A DNA stretch of 63,957 nt, the filler included, from Welwitschia mirabilis (taxonomy: Eukaryota), in the NCBI GenBank assembly GCA_051453625.1. It is 7 parts of one record of this genome, joined end to end, with 100 filler letters (N's around TTAATTAATTAA, not from the genome) between each part and the next. Parts side by side here need not be neighbours in the genome. Positions count along the whole stretch, not along the records: positions 1 to 15,006 come from JBOZIK010000001.1; positions 15,107 to 30,187 come from JBOZIK010000001.1; 5 more parts are not named here. One strand, written 5' to 3'. The notes under the pieces are model-generated. The model saw only the letters and a program-made list of their open reading frames with translations. It was not told the DNA's origin and searched no databases. The translations under genes were made by a program, and so were the position numbers. Positions 13,451 to 27,232 of this stretch are shown one piece after another. The stretch's first letter is position 1. Each line of letters starts with the position of its first letter.

Positions 13451-15050
13451 CCTACTTAGTCAAAAAAAACACAAAAAGTTATGTGAAATCTAGTAGACAT
13501 GACTATAATACATCGCGTGGATGTTCAAAATGATCCCTAAAATTGATTAAAAAATGTAAAAAATTTATGAAAAATACATCTTGTCCCCTCTAAAAGTGTT
13601 AATATGTCCTGTACTACCTAATTGTGAGCAAAAAACTTTGAAATGCATAAAAAAGGGAAAAATAGTTTTTTAGGTGGGCCCCACATAAAGTGAAAATTCA
13701 AAATGCTCAAATGAAAAATCTAATCTAGTAGAATTGTAAAACATGTTGAATTGATTAATTTACCCTAAAGGACTATTATGTTTTGACTTACGATTTGTGA
13801 GAAATCGAGTGTGAAATGTAAAAACCTAAATTTTTCTCATAAAATGCACAATTAATCATATCTTTCAAAATATGTAGTGAAAAAGAAATCCGTAAGTTAT
13901 AAATTGAAGAGCATAAAAATAGATTAATATATATAAAAACTACGTGTCAAAAGGCTAACAAGCAAGTGAAAAAATTAAAAAGACGAGGGAGAGAAAAACA
14001 TACCTCATTTTTAAAAATTTGTAAAAATATGGGAAATCTATGGGTGAAGCGTGCAGGGACAAGATCTAGCACACTGGTAGAGACGATGGGGATCATTTTC
14101 TCTTGAAGGAATGGATAAAAATAATAAAGAAATAAATAGAAAATGAAGGAAAAAGAGTTTAGGCTATAGTTTTATCACACTATCATCTGGTCAAGTCGTC
14201 TAGACAACAACCCTAGGACAACTCTTAGAAAAAATCAAACTATCATCCACCTATGTCATTTGGATAACCAAGTGAATGATGGACCTTTTAAAAAGTTTTC
14301 AAAAATAAACATGTTAGCCAAAAAAATTAGGCTCAGATATTATCGTGAAGGTATCAAAATTTATCAGAAGGTTTAGGGAAAAACAAGAAATGAGAAAGAA
14401 TCATGATAAACTAGGATGATGAGGGAAACTCAAAACAATTAAAAAATAGGGCTAAAGAAAACATACTAAAACCTAATGATAAAGACTAAATAAATGTGCG
14501 TAAACTGAAAAAAGAAATAAGATATAGTGTAGAACTTCAAAAGATATAGGAAATCTCATAAAAATTGTGAAGCATAAAAGATTTTCTATTTAATTCTAGT
14601 GTTACAAAAAATATGATATGTCATGAATAAACAACAAAGAAACTACTAAATAATAAGATCCTATGTAAAGATGAGAAAATTTAAAAACAACTTTGAAATA
14701 ACAAACTAAAAAATTAAAAAAAAAAGAATAAAAATGGACATAAGAAACATAAAGAAGATTGCTTACTTATCCTAAATTCTAATCTAGAAAACCCTTATGG
14801 AAGACATCATAAAGCTGCTTGAGTAAAAATGCATGACAAAATGTATAAACTCCATAAAGTTCTACTTGAAAAGGCAGTGATTATGATAATATCAAAAAAA
14901 ATTAAGTGTTTAGAACAATGAATGATAAGATGAAAAATTACTCAAAAATGAACTTAACTATTCACATCCCAAAACACACTTGAATCCTTAAAGTGAAATG
15001 ACCCGGNNNNNNNNNNNNNNNNNNNNNNNNNNNNNNNNNNNNNNNNNNNN

Positions 15051-15062
15051 TTAATTAATTAA
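15051..15062. other. Artificial six-frame-stop scaffold linker (also 30232, 46816, 53403, 55025, 60228)
   Basis: TTAATTAATTAA centred in ~100-bp N blocks, six times. Confidence 0.95.
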
Positions 15063-15106
15063 NNNNNNNNNNNNNNNNNNNNNNNNNNNNNNNNNNNNNN
15101 NNNNNN

Positions 15107-18100
15107 AAAGAACAAGTTAACCAAGTTCAAACTTTTTGTGAAATAGCTTTCTATCATGTTTGAACTTATTTTAGACTTTATGGATTAATTAACGATGTAT
15201 CATACAAGTACATTTTTCATCAAGGTGATTTAATTGGACTAATCTATGTTTAAGATTCTTATGAAGGCCTACAATATTAATTGATGAAAATCATGACAAG
15301 AGTTATAGCATACATCAATAAGTAAAATACAAACTTTTTCATACACAAGTTCATAAGGTGAAAAACCAAAAGAACTACATCAAGTAGTACAGTAAGCTTA
15401 AAGAACATCATTAGCCTTAGAAGCCCAAGATTTTTTTATTAATAAAAATAAGTTTTTGTAACATTTTTTTTAATTTCTCTATTTGCATTTTTAGCTTGAC
15501 CATTGGTTTATGGATGATAAGTATAAGCTACTCTATGTTCTATCCCAATGGCCAAAAGAAGTTCTCTAAAAAGTTGATTTATAAAATGAGTTCCTTAATC
15601 ACTAATCATAATCTTAAGAAAACCAAATCATTGAAAAATATGAGTTCTAAAAAAATTACAAATAGTTCAGACATCATTCATGGAAGTAGGAATAGCTTCA
15701 ACCCATTTAGTAACATAATCTATTACCGCTAAAATATAATTTTTATTACTAGAAGGTGGGTGAATAGGGCTTATAAAATGAATCCTGCAATAATCAAAAG
15801 GTTTGCATGTAAGAATAGGTCTAGGGGGCATATCTTAAACATGAATAAGGCTACCATAACATTGATAAGGGTCACACCTTTTAGTAAAATTAAAAGAATC
15901 CTAAAAAAGAGTAGGCTAATAAAAATTAGAATGAAAAACTGTCATATCCATTTTCTGTCCACTAAAATAACCTCCACAAACATCACCATAAGAAAGATAA
16001 AGGATATAAGATTTTTCCCAATCAAGCACACATTTTCACATAATTTGTTCTTTACACCTATGATAAAGATGTAGCTCTATCTATTCATATTCATCTATTC
16101 TATGGAAAAAGGATTTTCTTTGATTATAAGTCCAATATTATTGTGTTTTTATGGTAACAATGTAATTAACAATATTAGCATACCAAGGACAAGGATGAGT
16201 AGAAGATATAGTAAAAAATTTGATCATTTAGAAAAGAATCATTAATCACAAGATCATCAAGAAGAGAAGAAAGATGAGATAAATGATTAGCAATACTATT
16301 ATGCTTTTCTGCTTTATTAATAATAGTCAAATTAAATTCTTACATGAGGAGGATCCATATAATCAATCTAGCACTAAAATGTTTCTTAGTCATAAAGTAT
16401 CAAATTATAGCATGATCAGTATAAACATTTTCATAAAATCTTAAAAGGCAATGTTTAAGCATATCAAGGTAAAAGATAATTATTAACATTTCTTTCTCTA
16501 TAGTAGTATAATTCATTTGAGTTCTAGATAGAGTTTTAATATGATAAGATATAACCTTAAAATCATTTTTATACTTTTAACAAAGTACCCCATCCATAGC
16601 AAAATTACTAGTATCACACATTAATTCAAAATCTTTTTCCAAACTAGTTTCATTACAATAGGATCATAATAAAGTTTACATTTAAGTTTATTGAAAGTAA
16701 ATTGACACAATTAATTCCAATTAAATTTAGCTTCTTGTTAAGTAATGATTGAAGAGGTTTACAGATTTTTGCATAATCTTGAATAAATTGACAATAAAAA
16801 TCACAATGATTAAAGAAGGATCGAACTTGTTTTCCATTGGTTCCCTTTTTTCAAAATATACTAACTTAAACTAGTTCCTCTATCAACCAAAAAAAAACTT
16901 TTCTCCCAACTTAAATGTAAGCTATTATAAATGCATCTATCAAGGACTTTTTCTAATCGTTTTAAGATTTATTTAAAACTTTTAGCATAGATAGAGAAGT
17001 CCTCCATAAAAATTTCTATTGAATCCTCTAACATATCATAAAAAATATCAATCATTGCATGTTGAAAAGTACTAGGAGCATTGCAAATTTCAAAAGGCAT
17101 GCATCTAAAAGAAAAAGTACCAAAAGATGAAGTAAAAGTCTCTCACTAGTAATACAAACCTAATTATAACTACTATATCCATTAACAAAATAATAAAAAG
17201 CATGTCCTTGAATTCTATCAATTATGTGATCAAGAAAAGGCAAAGAACAATGGTCTTTTTTGGTTAGTTTATTTAATTTTCTAAAATTAATGCACATCTT
17301 CCATTTTCCATCTTTCTTAGGTACTACTATCAAAGGACTAACCCACTCACCATCAGCTATGACATAAATGATTCCATCATCCATTAACTTAATGATTTTA
17401 TCTTTTACAACTTGTTTAAGGGTTGGATTAAGTTTATGTTGGGTTATCTAATAGGTGTTACATTATCCTTAACGTAGTTTTTATATTGAATAATTGAAAT
17501 AAGAATGGCTATTAAATCTTTATGAGACCAAGGAAACACATATACCTCAGATTGCAAAAACAAGATTAAGATCGATTCTTATTAAGGGAATAGATGTTTG
17601 TTTATTATCAAAGGTTTGTTCTAATCATTACACAGAAAGATATATTTCAGTTCACTGTGGAAAGATTTCAAATTCAGATTTAAATTTAGATTTATATTTT
17701 CTGTTAAATTTTCATGAAATTCGCTGTTATCTCAAACTTTCATCTAGATGTTAGTAGTGAACAACCTCCCTTAAAATAAGAAATCTCAGTTTTCCTCAAA
17801 TCTTAGACTTCTACATAGTTAATAGATTTAGTCTTTCTACTTTCCTAATCAAAACAATCAGTTTTTAAATGGTCAAAATCAAGTTGATCATCACCAAAAG
17901 CTTTCAATATGTCTACTTTAAGTTGATTATCAAATAAAGTTAGCTTATGAAGCATTAACCACCTTTCTTTAAGTGGATAATGTTGTAGAAATAAACTTAG
18001 TTTAATCTCTTCTTTAACACTTAAACCATCACCTAAGTCTTTTTTAGCAACATTAAACACTCTTATTGTGAACTTCTTATTTCCTAAATGACATTCCACC

Positions 18101-20270
18101 AGTCCTGTTCTGGTGTCTATAATACAATGGACTATTGCATAAAAATCTCTATTTAAAACTAATGAATAATCACTGTTATGTTTAACTTCAATCACAACCA
18201 CATCAATAGGGTAGAATGCTTCTTTAATTTTGAATCACTAAATCTTTAATCATGCCTAAGTATTTCTTAACTAATGTATCTACTAATCCTAAGACAATTC
18301 TTATAGGCTCTATTCTACCTTAGTCATTGACAAATGTACAAGGACATAATGTTGACACTTGCTCCTATATCAATCAAGGCTTTCTTTATTCTTATGTTCC
18401 TTTCCAAAGTAACACTAATAGTTTCTGTTCCAAGATCCTTAAACTTTGGACATTTCTATAAGACTAAGTTGTTTATGAATTGGACTAGAAAGACTTTACT
18501 AAGGATAGTTTGTTTTTATTTTCTCCTAATCAGATCTTTCCACAACTTAGAATATTTAGAATTATCTTGTAAAATTTTTTAAAATGATAAATTTATGCTC
18601 ACATTTTGCATTAGTGCTTTAAGATGTTTATCAAAAGTAGGATTAATGCTCAATCTATCAAGCCAAGAGGTAGAAAGTTTTTTACCTTTTTCTCAAAAAG
18701 AATTTTTCTTTTCATTATTCAAAGGAGAATGAAAAAAATTATTTTTTAAAATTTCTATATCCTCTTCTTCCTTATCATTTTTATCACTTTACGATGTTAA
18801 AGCCTCATGAATAGGAGGTATTGTCCCATTTCCACTTGTTNNNNNNNNNNTTGTTGTCACAACCTTACAATCTTTCTTAACTTCATTTGAGGTTAATAGA
18901 GGTTATGTGATAAGTGACCCTTATGGTCTTTAATCAGCAAGCATAGTTTATCGTAAAATACTTATAAGATTTTCAATGTTGGAATTTGTTCTTTCTTAGG
19001 TTTTTCTCAAGCCATCAATGGAATTTCTAAGTGAATCACCTTGATTTTATGAGTTGGACAAGCTTGCTTGATTATTAGAGTTGTTTGATTGAAAATTTAC
19101 ATTTTTAAATCTTTTTCTAAATGGTTGAAAATTAGTATGATTTGTTTGAAAATTTTTGAAATCTGGTTGTTCTTTCATCTTAGGTTGGATATTGTTTTGA
19201 TTTTGGATTTGACTTTGGTTTTGGTTTTGATTTTAATTTTCAAAGTATGAAGACCTTTGATTAAAAGCATACACTTCTTTATAAATCCTTTATTTATATA
19301 TTAGTAATAAAGGACAATCTTTTATCACATAATCATTGTCTTCACATAAATCACAAGTTGGAGCTATAACCACACTTTTTTCTATTGCTTCTTTTGCATC
19401 TAAGATCATCTGAGTGTATTTCTCTAAAGTTAAAGTAAAATCCTTAATGACATTAGTTGGTTCTTTTTTAGTTTTTACTTCCTCCTTCTCTTGATTAACT
19501 TCTTTAAGATCTTTAATGATTTGATCTACTATATAATTTTCCTAAATAAGGGTTTAGGTCAAGTTTGACTCACATCCACTAACTCTTCCAATACTCTCTA
19601 AGAATTTTCTAACATAAGGTTCATCAAATTTCCTCCACAAAAAATTTAACAAGTTACTTAGTTTGACTATCAAGTGCATTATAAAAGTAGTTTTATTAAT
19701 TCTACTAGTGAAAAAACATCTATGGAGTTTGAATGTAAAGCAAAAAAAAATCTCTCATAAGTGGAGGCACAATCTTTATTAGGCTATTATTGAAACTTAG
19801 TTACTTCTTTATTACATTTTTTAAATGATTGTTTCACTTATAAATCTTTTTATAAAATCTTTTTGAACTTGACTCCATGTTTGTAGACTCTTATGAGGAA
19901 TAGTTCTTAACTAAAGTTTAGCTTTTCCTTCTAAAGTGATGAGAAAAATTACCATATGAGTTCTATTACTTATTGTTTTCTTACCATTTCTAGAAGTAAT
20001 TACTAACTATTCGATGTCGACAATATATTGTAAAGGATCTTCATCATTTTCACCACTAAAAATGGGATAAGTGTTTAGATTTCTAAGCGCGACATCGTCA
20101 CCAAGCGGTAAATCAAAGGGGTTTGGATTTTGTGTTTTTTATTAGTTATAAGCTCTCTAAAAGTGACATTAGCATTAGGATTTATGGGCATAGTCATAGA
20201 AGTTCCAATAACAAGGGGTGAATTAGGTGAAATGACCTGCTTTTGCTTTTGTAATGAACTAGACATATTT
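15107..20270 (-). pseudogene. Degenerate gag-pol (gag, protease, RT, RNase H, integrase)
   Basis: ORF 17160-17384 WVSPLIVVPKKDGKWKMCINFRKLNKLTKKDH..LPFLD; MPFEICNAPSTFQ; IEIFMEDFS; LMCDTSNFAMDGVL. Multiple stops. Confidence 0.92.
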
Positions 20271-20911
20271 AAAAAATGATTTTCTGCTAAACTCTTCTTT
20301 AAATAATATTTTCAAAAATTTTATTTAAAAATTTCTTCTTATTGAATTTTTGAAATGCTTTGTATACTTTGGTATGGTACCTAAGTTAAATTCGAAGTCA
20401 ATCAAAACTTCTCAGATGTTTTCCTCAATGAACAACTACTCTCTCTGATATTTTTCTCTTTTACTAGATTTTACCATGTCTCGGCGTGCTCAGTTTAATG
20501 TTCAGTGTACGTTGTCCCTATTATTATTAGGAAGATATGTTTGAACTATAGAAAACATAAAATATTGAAAAACAAAAAATGCAAAAAAAAGAAGTGCAAA
20601 ATAACAGACATTGAAAATACTAAAAGCAGATTGTTGTCTTCCTAAGTTATCTGGATGATAAAGAGGACAACAAGAAAATCCTAATTTTTAAGAAAGGTAA
20701 AAAACTAAAGGCACATAAGTTGTCCTTATTGCATGTCATCTGGATGATGGAGTGGATGACAGAGCATTTATTTTAGAACATAAAACAATAATTGCAAAAG
20801 GAAAAATCTATGCTACTTCTATTAAAAATATAGTGCTACTGTAGGGAAATATCTAAACTGAAATTCAAACACTCACCTAAGCAATAATAATTATCAAACT
20901 CTAAGTAGCCT

Positions 20912-20929
20912 TCCCCAGCAATGATGATA
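20912..20929 (-). other. Degenerate PBS (tRNA-Asp type)
   Basis: TATCATCATTGCTGGGGA next to the LTR end, versus Athila consensus TGGCGCCGTTGCCGGGGA. Followed by aggctactt, as at 53572. Confidence 0.65.
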
Positions 20930-20932
20930 AGA

Positions 20933-22210
20933 TGTTGCGGTGCATATTTATATAGATGTTACACTCTCAAGAAGATCCTATCATTTATAAATAAATATAA
21001 ATTTCGCATAACACAACACACTAATATAGATGGGAGTCGAACCAAATTCATATTATCATTAAAGATGTAGGAGAGGAGAGTGAGAATTAATTTCAAGAAA
21101 AAACACATATGTATCTATTAAGTAAAAATAAAATGCAATGTAGAAAATAATAATGCACATATACCTATGCTAATGAATGCAAATCGAAGCTAACTGCAAC
21201 TTTCATCCGATTACCAAATCAACTTATCATAGAGATTGACCCTGTATAATCTAGATCAATTAAAAAATTCTGTTACCAAATCAAGACCAACCTAAGCTAT
21301 CAGGTATATCAAACAAAATATAAAACTATGTAAAGTTAGTCTAAGAAAGAAATGTAATGCGCCTAAACTAATACTGCTCAATCCTAATAAAGGTTGCTCT
21401 CATAGTTTATATTACTAAAGAAGCTGTCATGGAATTAGAAGCAACATAAACTATGAGGGATATGCACACAATACACATAATAAAATAGAAAAGAGTTCTT
21501 TGAATTGAATTCAAACCAACATCCATGTTCTAAAGCATCTGCACCTTAATAAGGATGCACATCCCAACACTAAGGAAGATGTCTCTCTGCAACTATGATG
21601 AATGCATCTTCAGTGCTTTGATCTCCTATCACAAGAATTTCTTATTTAAGCAAAGACAAGCAAGAATCGAGGGTGGAATTGATACTTATTGACAAAAGTA
21701 GACTCACAAACAAATAAGACAAATAGGTATAAGCATAACTCTAATAGCCATGTAAGACACATAGAGATAAATGGTCAAAGTTAGATGAAGTTTAGTGAAG
21801 CGTTATTTTATATTTCATCCTTTTGATTGTCTGAATGATACATAGGATAATGCCATCTTATAAGAATTTCATGTCAACTGCCAGATTAATTTCAGTCAAC
21901 GTCCTCATTAGCTTAATTATTCTATTATCCGTACAGTCATTTATATGATGAGATGAATGAAAGGCTTTTTATAAGTGATCATTTAATGCATTAGCCTTGA
22001 TGATTGCAGGAACTTTACTTCAAAATAGGAAATATTTTTAACTTCTTTAAATGCTATAAAATGTCATGAAGATTCCATGTTTTTATATCTTTCATCTCAG
22101 CTCTCCATTATCATAGAAATCTAGCATAAATCTATCTAATATCCTGCAAAACTACTCAAAATACCCTATTAAATACATAAAAGTTGGTAGTGCAATAGTC
22201 TCCTTCATTA
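20933..22210 (-). repeat. Family-A 5' LTR
   Basis: Ends CACCGCAACA before the PBS. Homologous to 1-1046, 45580+, 53459-53550 and 59954+. Confidence 0.8.
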
Positions 22211-24448
22211 AGTTTTTGCTTTATAACTGTTGCAAAGAAGGGTGTTGCTTCGTGTTGGACTATGTCTCCTTTATTAAGGAGTTTTTAATTTGTAACTGGA
22301 TGTGAACATTTTAATTAATGAAATATTAGTTAAATTGTTATTTTCTATATTCTTTCTTACCTTCCTTATGATTTATGTTAATTATAGTTAAGCGATAGAT
22401 ATCTATAGTTTATATAGACCATGAGAGCCAACTTGGATAACAACAAGTTGGTATACTTGGTTAGAACCTACATTTGGATTGCATCCATTCTTGCATATTG
22501 CATTTACCTTTGTATTTTATATTCATTTCATTGCATTTTAATTCTTAAACTTATAATAAAAATTATTTGGAATAATCTTCTTATCTTCCTTTTCAGAATT
22601 CCTCTCTAAAGTACAACATATGGGTTAACTCCCACATACTAGTGCATTTTATGTGTATTTTATTAAAAATTATAGGTATGAAATATTAAATATTCATCAA
22701 AAAGAAATATTAATTTTAGCACATTATTTGCACTCTAGTAAATTAGTTCCACTATTAGGTAGGCATTCAAAAAAGTCTAGAAGATTGAATATCATTGCAT
22801 AGGTGACTAATTTGGTTTCAAATTATTTACCTATGTAATGTGTATATATAATTTTTGTTCTTCTTAGGTTAATTTGCATTTTAATTTCTTAGATTATATT
22901 GCTTTTTCAATTTTTTTAAGTTTTTATTTTCTTTTTTTAGATTAAGGTACACATTTTTTTCCTAATTTAGCTTAAATTTAATTTTTGGTCTTTGCTTTTA
23001 TTTCTTAATTTTTGTATATTCTCATTCCTATGTTACTATTAGTTTTTTCTTTCTTAGTTTTGTTTGGATTTTAATTTCCTTTTTCTTTTTGCTTTCACTT
23101 TTTAATTTTTGTAATTTTTTTATTTCTATAAGTTTTTGTTTCTATGTTGTTGTTAGTTTTATATGTAAACTCAAAGATTATCACTTGAGGCCTACTCTTT
23201 GTATCTAATTCAATCTCAAAGATTAGCATGTAAACTTGCTTACCATTCAAATTAATTATTCTTATTTCATCCTTCTCATTTATTTATATGAATAATGATA
23301 AAAAGATCCTTCAAGAAATCTTATCTACAATAAACAAAAACTTTCTTTTGTGGATAATGGTAAAAGACCATTATGAGAAATATTTATGGAAAGAGGGTGG
23401 TTAGTAAAAAATGATGTTGAAACAATGATGTTGAAACTAGGAATTAGGCCCCTTCTTCTTTTTGACCTCCTTATCTTTTGCCCTTTTATTTTTAGCCTTT
23501 ATGTAGAAATGAGAATGAGGATTTTCAACATTTTAGAGATTTCATCTTAAAGAAATAAGTCAAATAATGCCTAAACCAATCATCAAAGAAAATAGAACTA
23601 TATTATAAATGTTGAAAAACATGAAGAAAGTACAACATGAAGAGCAACCTAGCCCTAGAAACCTAGTTCAAGATCTTACCAACACCTTAGAAAATTACAC
23701 GAAGACCTTGATTGATGCAAAAATGTTAAATCGATAACCTCAACGATCAATACCTAACTCTCTTTGTAAAATTTGTAAAGATAACTTCCATTACACCAAA
23801 TATTGTTCTTTTTTTACTGACATGCAAGGAGATGTTCTATGAAGAAGCTTGTACATCTAATCAATAACCCACTACCTTTAAAAATAATCAACAATTTAAG
23901 CCATTAAATATAGAATCATAATTATTTTTTGGACCCTCTTTTGATAATAGATATAGGGGCAATAAATTTCAGTTTAATAATTTTTAGCCTAATAACTTTC
24001 AGTTCAACAATTTATAGCTCAGCAACTTTCAGCCAAATAACTTTTAGTTTAATGATTTTCAGCCTTATAACTTTTAGCCTAACTTCCTTAGAGAGTTCAT
24101 ATAAGAATTGAATAAGATGCAAAAGGCCTTCAATAAGAATATGAAAAGATTAATGGAAGTTATTACACAAATCTATAAGAGAGAGCCTTTAAACCTATCC
24201 TACTCCTTTACTACATCCCACCTTCATAAGGATGAGATGAACTTAAGAACAAGTAGTAATGATTCTTGGTTTAAAATAAAAAATGAGATTTTGGATCAAT
24301 TTCCAACACCCCACTCATTAGGAGATGGCCAAAATGAGGATAATAATGATTCAACTCGATTTTCAAATAACAAGGATGAGGATCATTATTTCTCAAATGA
24401 CGATATTGAGATACTAGATTATATCATAAATAATATATTACTGTTAGG
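22211..24448 (+). mobile_element. Family-A-related degenerate, probably non-autonomous element, left part (partial LTR, UTR, gag-derived ORF); continues at 44250
   Basis: 22211-22740 resembles the 3' half of LTR 1-1046. 23760-23850 encodes LCKICKDNFHYTKYC..TCKEMFYEE (frameshifted), like family-A gag at 54846. ORF 24108-24448 resumes in frame at 44250. Confidence 0.6.
23961..24080 (+). repeat. 15-bp minisatellite x8 (consensus AATAACTTTCAGCCT, NNFQP)
   Basis: Eight consecutive 15-bp units, in the same frame as ORF 24108-24455. Confidence 0.9.
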
Positions 24449-25658
24449 TGATTAATGTATAGTATAATGTCTAGATTTAAAACTAAGTTAGAAACTTAGT
24501 TAACATTATTCCTTAAGGATAACAATAGGTATTGGCTAGAACTACACTAACTGTAATCTTTAATGTAAGATACAAAAAGGAAAGAAAACAGAAGAAGAGA
24601 TGAAATTATCTTTAGAGTTTGAACTTTATCTTAGAGAGGAATGAATAAACTACCTCCAAGATATCACCAATTTGTCTTATGAAATTCTTCACTTAAAAGT
24701 TTTCTAATTTTTTTCCTGCAAAACAATAAGAACCATCAAGTACTTTCAGTTCAATTCACAAGGCATAATCTCATCCACCATATGATAAATGATGAATCCA
24801 ACTAATAATTAAGTCTTAAATAATAATAGAAAGTAATAACTCCTAAAGTACTTAAGATATATAAAATTAAAAGACTAAGTAATAAAGAGGAATTCACACA
24901 ACTAAATTAAACTTGATAGTTAAAGAAGTTAACTAAGCATCCTAATTACAATATTACTTATGAATTAAGATCAAAGAAAAATAGCTTTTGAATTACAAAA
25001 GAACAAATTTATAATAAAGGAAGAATTAAGCAATAAGAATTCCTTAGCAATCCTCAAAGACTAGATCATGCCCATAAAGAGTCACCTAAAAAGCTATCAC
25101 AAGTTGACACTCAAAAGTCTTCAATTCAAGATAAAAGATGAATGAAAGGACATTTTATAGAGAGAGATAGGGGTAAGAAATGGTTACTTTCTTGGCTTAT
25201 AGTATTAGATAGAATCTTCGTCATTTAGCATTATGTAGATAAGATTCTATCTTGTAGCATTAGGTAGATTAGATTTTATCCTCTAGCATTCAGGTAGAAT
25301 CTTCATCATTTAGCATTTGGTGGAGGTCATTATATAGTATTTGATGGAGATCATCATATAGCTCTAATATCACCTTCACATGCCTCTACCACATGTTTTA
25401 AAATGCTTCTTCTACAAATCACTACCTCATATCTCCATTGTCACCATGGTTTTTATGTGAAATTTTTTCCATTGTCTACCATGTGTTCCAAAATGTAGCT
25501 AAATATTTGTAATTTTTATGGATAAAATCATAATATTAAATTTTATCTTAACAATAATAAAAGACATGTTTTACAACTAAAACAATTAGATTAATATCCT
25601 TATTTATAATAAATTAGCCTAAAACACTTGATATAAATGTCAATTTTACATGTTAACA
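24449..25658 (-). repeat. Family-B 3' LTR
   Basis: TGATTAAT...TGTTAACA, colinear with 43044-44249. Confidence 0.92.
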
Positions 25659-26259
25659 CNNNNNNNNNNNNNNNNNNNNNNNNNNNNNNNNNNNNNNNNN
25701 NNNNNNNNNAGGTTAAACATGGAAAAATTATCTACGTCCAAAGTGCATTAAGTGTGTGAATAATATATCTTAATGTGATTAAGGCATCTAAGTAAAAAAT
25801 ATTTAGTAAAAATTAAGTGAAAATCGAGATGTCATGCCTCCTAATCAAAACTTGACATTTTTCTCAAAGTTTATGTTGAAAATGTTAAGTTATTTAGGAA
25901 CATCAATGTAGATATATCACAAAGAGTTTTTTATTGAAAACAATGCAATTTAAGCTGAGGAAAAAGGCAAGCTATTTACAATCANNNNNNNNNNGCGGGG
26001 AAAAAACTATCCAAAAAAATAATTAATGCCTTAGAAGTTATTTCTTATGAAAATGATATGAACTAGAATGTAGTAAATTAATGTGAGGTAAATGAGATGG
26101 AAAGTGCATGAATGACGTAAAACTAGAAACCAATGAATAAACGAGCAAACTATCCTAAGTTATTATCCCATTATTATATTTTTATATTTTTAATTAATTA
26201 AGTTATCAAAGTTAAGTTTTAAACAACTAACCTATAGGAATCTAAGGAATTGATGCAAA

Positions 26260-27232
26260 TCCTAAATATGAAAGTTAAGAGACAATGGTTCACATAAGAC
26301 CTCCTATTCCCAAATTTTTGTTCCTTTATTTTCCATTTCTACCTTCACATATGTTATTACTATTATGCCTTTGAACCGCATTGAACATATAGTCTTATGA
26401 CATTTTTTGTCAATATAGTTAAACATGCTGTATTATGTAGAAATTAGTGTTGTATTACCAGTGAGCATCTATAACCTCGATGCAGTTAAACGTATGTGGC
26501 AATTAGATCATTAGAGCTACATTTCCAGTAGGCATGTATGGCCCTGATGCAATTAACTAAAAGCCACTAAGTGATTAATGTTATGTGCTTTGGAAGAAGA
26601 AATATATTATTTTCTTCTTTGTCTTTTCATAGTCATCATTTTATTTATGTACTTTTAGGGGGTCATTGGTTCATTATCCTAGTTAAGACAAATTTTATTC
26701 CCATTAAAGGCTTTTTACTTAAAAATCAAATAAAAAGGTAAATCCCATCTTTTCAACTAAGTTTCACTAAAACTAAAGACCCTAAGAAAAAGTGTTCTTA
26801 ACTAATCTATTTGAAATAAGCATTCTTTCCCTTAAAAACCCATAAATAAACTTGGTTTTAATCATTAATTAGGCAATAACATGATCACTTTTTAAAGAGC
26901 TTTTAACCTAGATTAGTAAGTCTTCGAAAGTCATAGATTAATGGTTTAGGTGAATGGTTCATGGGTTTGATAAGCGATTTGATAATGGATTTAGTAAATG
27001 GAAAGGTTCAAAAGGGTGGTGTAATGAGTAATAATGTTTCAAATAGTATCCATTAACTTCAAGGATTTGATTGTTTTTAAGATTTTCGATAATTCCATGT
27101 GATTTACCTTTTATATTAAAAATAATCCTTTTCACTTAGCTAATAGTTCACTTGGAAAAAGATGTAAGTGTGAGTTGTATAGCAAGACTAGTTTTCCCTC
27201 CTGAAAAGTTTTTCCAAGGATATGTTTTCATG
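26260..27232 (-). repeat. Integrase C-terminus plus 3' UTR, paralogous to 36178-37155
   Basis: Colinear similarity from cctaaatatgaaagttaagag through ctcctgaaaagtttttccaagg. Confidence 0.9.

Larger units (their letters stand above)
12821..22210 (-). mobile_element. Athila-like family-A retrotransposon, 3'-truncated (5' LTR-PBS-gag-pol-UTR-env-like)
   Basis: LTR 20933-22210, PBS, gag with a CxxC-x4-H-x4-C-like knuckle (~19350), protease ALIDIGASVNIMS (~18370), RT ORF 17160-17384, RNase H (~16600), integrase to 15107. The part left of 15007 lies across a scaffold linker. Confidence 0.85.

Noticed and set aside
1..22210. LTR 1-1046 and LTR 20933-22210 as one element or an inverted-repeat system
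   Set aside because: Opposite orientation and substantial divergence indicate independent insertions.
23929..24111. Hydrophobic 60-aa ORF (IFSL repeats)
   Set aside because: Off-frame reading of the 15-bp minisatellite.
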